Shown here: one piece after another, positions 61,105-64,000 of the stretch
How the letters are laid out: each line of letters starts with the position of its first letter
Position numbering within the stretch: the first letter of the stretch is position 1
NCBI GenBank assembly: GCA_051362555.1
Contig: JBPQGU010000016.1
Location: forward strand, 2,914,001 to 2,978,000
DNA length: 64,000 bases
Origin: Lingula anatina
Lineage: Eukaryota; Animalia; Brachiopoda
Direction of reading: 5' to 3'
The notes under the pieces: generated by a model
The model's database searches: none
Seen by the model: only the letters and a program-made list of their open reading frames with translations
Told to the model about the DNA's origin: nothing
Program-made: the position numbers and the translations under genes

Positions 61105-63063
61105 TTAAATATCTATATCTTTTGCAAAAAGTGCATTTTTAATTATAAATTCTTTTCTTTCTAAAACATCTTTTCCCATTAATAATTTAATAGCTAAATC
61201 TGCATTTTCAGCTTCTTCAATAGTAACTAATTTTAAAGTTCTATTTTCAGGATTCATTGTTGTTTCTCAAAGTTGTCCAGGATTCATTTCACCTAAACCT
61301 TTATATCTTTGAATTTCATATTTAGATTCTATTTTACTAACTTCTTCTTTTAATTCATCATCTGAATATAAATATTTAGTTTTTTTTCCTACTTTAAATT
61401 TATAAAGTGGTGGTTGTGCAAGAAAAACATGTTTATTTTCAATTAATCCCGGAAAAAATCTATATAAAAATGTTAATAATAAAACTGCAATATGAGAACC
61501 ATCTACATCTGCATCTGTCATAATTATGATTTTGTTATATCTTAATTTATTTAAATCAATATTATAATTTTCTTTATCTTCATCAATTTGTTGTTTTTCT
61601 AAAACAATTTTTCTTAAACTAAAACCTAATGAAATTGCTAAATCTGTTACTTCTTGATTATCAAATAATTTATGAAATGTTGATTTTTCAGAATTAATAA
61701 TTTTTCCTTTTAATGGAAGTATAGCTTGAAACCTTCTGTCTCTTCCTAATTTTGCTGAACCACCTGCTGAATCACCCTCTACAATAAATAATTCAGTTTG
61801 TTGATTATCATCAATTGAACATTCAGCTAATTTACCAGGAAGTGTTGTTGTTGAAAATACTTTTGTTTTTTCTTTTAATTCTTTAACACTTTTTTCAATT
61901 TGTTTTCTGATTTGAAATGATTGTAAAACTTTATTAAAAATAATATTTCTTTCTTTAGGATTTTCTAATAAAAACTTTTCAAATATATTTGAAACAACAT
62001 CACTTACAACTGAAGTCATTTCTGAATTAACTAATTGTGTTTTAGTTTGACCAGCAAATTTTGGATCAGGATGTAAAACAGTAACAATACCAACAATTCC
62101 AGTTACAATGTCTTTGCTTTCTATATTTTTTTTATTATCTTTAAATTTTGGATCATTTTTTAATAATTTTTTGACAACACGACTTATTCCACTTTTAAAA
62201 CCTTTTACATGCATTCCACCTTCTATAGTTTTAATGTTATTACAAAAAGAATAAATTCTAACATCTGATGAATCAGTATACCTAAAAATAAATTTTATTT
62301 TTTTATCATCAACTTGTTTTGAACCAAAAATTACTTGTTTATGTTGATGTTCATAATTAGAACTAGAACCTACTAATTTTTGTAAATATTCTAAAATTCC
62401 ATTTTCATTATAAAAAGTTGTATTTTCTTGAGTGTTTTCATCATAAAAAATAATTTTAATTTTATCATTTATATATGCAGTTTCTTCTAATCTACTCTTA
62501 ATTTTTTTTACATTAAATTCATAGTTATCATCAAATCGTTCTAAGTTAGGTTGAAATTGTACAAAAGTACCTTTTTTATTTGGTTCACCATTATCTTCTA
62601 CCAATAATAAATCATGTGTTTTTACACCATTTTTAAATTTCATTGAAAAAGTTTTTCCATGATTAAAAACTTTAACAACCAATCATTCTGACATAGCATT
62701 TACAACAGTTGAACCAACACCATGTAAACCACCAGAAATTTGATATGTTTGTGTTGAAAACTTACCTCCTGCATGTAAAAAAGTAAAAACTGTTTCAATT
62801 GTAGATAAACCTGTTTTTGGATGTTTATCTGTTGGAATACCTCTTCCATTATCTTCTATTGAAATAGAACCATCTTTTTTTAAAGTGACTTGTATTTTAT
62901 TACAAAAACCAGCTAAATATTCATCAAGTGCATTATCAATAATCTCTCAAACCAAATGGTGAAAAGCATCTTGATCAGTACTTCCAATATACATTGCAGG
63001 TCTTTGTTGAATTGCTTTAACACCTTCAAAAATTTTAATTGATTTACCTGTATAATTTTCCAT
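61105..63063 (-). CDS. gyrB: DNA gyrase subunit B
   Basis: [65 protein letters not shown]. Confidence 0.97.
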
Positions 63064-63096
63064 ATTTATATTTAATATTTTAACTTTTTATTTAAT

Positions 63097-63921
63097 TTAT
63101 TCTTTTAATATTTTTTTATTTAAATATTTACCTACACCTGAATTAACTTGACTTTCACACACATCAAATGCAACCTCTTTTAATTTATTTTGAGCATTTT
63201 CAACAGCAATCCCATATTTAACTTTTTTAAATAAACAAAAATCATTCAAACTATCTCCAAAGGCCATAACTTCAGAAAATGAAATTTTTAATTTATTTTT
63301 TACCAAAAATTCAACAGCTTTTGATTTTCTTGCATCTTTATTTGTTATTTCAAGTAAAGTATTTTTATTGTTTATAACTGTTAAGTCAAATGTTTTTAAA
63401 TATGATTCATATTTTTTTAATTCTTCTTTTGGACCAAACAAATTAAACCTTAACAAAACATAAGATTCTTTTTTATCATTAAAATTACCAATTTCTTTTA
63501 ATGAAATTTTATGTTCTTCAAATTCTTTATTTGATTCATTTTTTCTTAAAGTTATTGTTTTGTTTGTTTTTTCATCTAATCAATATGAAAGACCAATAAT
63601 TTTTTGATTAGATTCTAAAATTTCATTTATTTTATTAAATATTTCATTTGAAATGGTTTTTTTTCAAATAACTTTTTTTTCTGGAAATTCAAAAATTAAA
63701 GCACCACTATAAACAATTAAAAATTTACCATTTATAGATCAAACATATGGAAATGACCTTTCATATGATCTACCAGTTGTAATTACACACAATATTCCAA
63801 GCTTTTGAACCTTTAAAATACTTGTTTGATTAATATCTGAAATAGGATTTAAACCAACTGAAACAAGAGTTTCATCTAAATCCAAACATATCAATTTAAT
63901 TTTATTTTTTATAATTTTCAT
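63097..63921 (-). CDS. Cof-type HAD-IIB hydrolase
   Basis: DLDETL motif I, TTGR, K..AV, AFGDSLND; joined via TGA. Confidence 0.92.
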
Positions 63922-64000
63922 TTTTAATGTTATATTCTTATAATTTTAACAAATTAAAATGTAATTTATTGTTAATATAAAAAGTTTTTAAAAAATCACT

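Noticed and set aside
856-63921. Apparent mass pseudogenisation (many short ORF fragments in the supplied track)
   Set aside because: Fragments end in TGA and rejoin in frame into full-length proteins under table 4.
1-64000. tRNA, rRNA or IS elements
   Set aside because: No GC-rich cloverleaf or rRNA-like segment apart from rnpB, and no transposase motifs or terminal inverted repeats were seen.

Overview
Extremely AT-rich chromosomal segment of a Mollicute (Mycoplasmatota). TGA is read as Trp (genetic code 4): re-reading the supplied ORF fragments through TGA joins them into full-length genes. 1-6.3 kb is a + strand block: a single-ORF Cmk-Der fusion, hup, gpsB/divIVA, RNase P RNA, recA and rny. 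Almost all the rest is on the - strand: Cof HAD, gyrB, gyrA, a fused ABC permease-ATPase, serS, dnaX, tmk, holB, ftsH, gdpP, dnaB, an ECF S-component, cysS, rlmB, a SigH-like sigma factor, secE, nusG, rplK, rplA, metG, hpt, thrS, infC, rpmI, rplT, rmuC, pheS, pheT, then rpmF, rsmH, ftsA, ftsZ, sepF, ileS, lspA, rluD, a rhomboid-like gene, (rnhC on +), cvpA-like, rsmA, ssb-like, plsC-like and pdp. The standout is an ~11.3 kb accessory locus between pheT and rpmF (20171-31499). It holds two giant signal-peptide coiled-coil repeat proteins and one start-less orphan C-terminal cassette, all ending in a variable globular domain between conserved boxes (VIxSWNxPTxxFW ... LFWxLFxxYGVRVK). These are interleaved with two paralogous membrane-anchored JAB/MPN+ (JAMM) metalloprotease genes. 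All five of these reading frames are interrupted, by single-base homopolymer indels and/or nonsense codons. Coordinates of TGA-joined genes were derived by hand.
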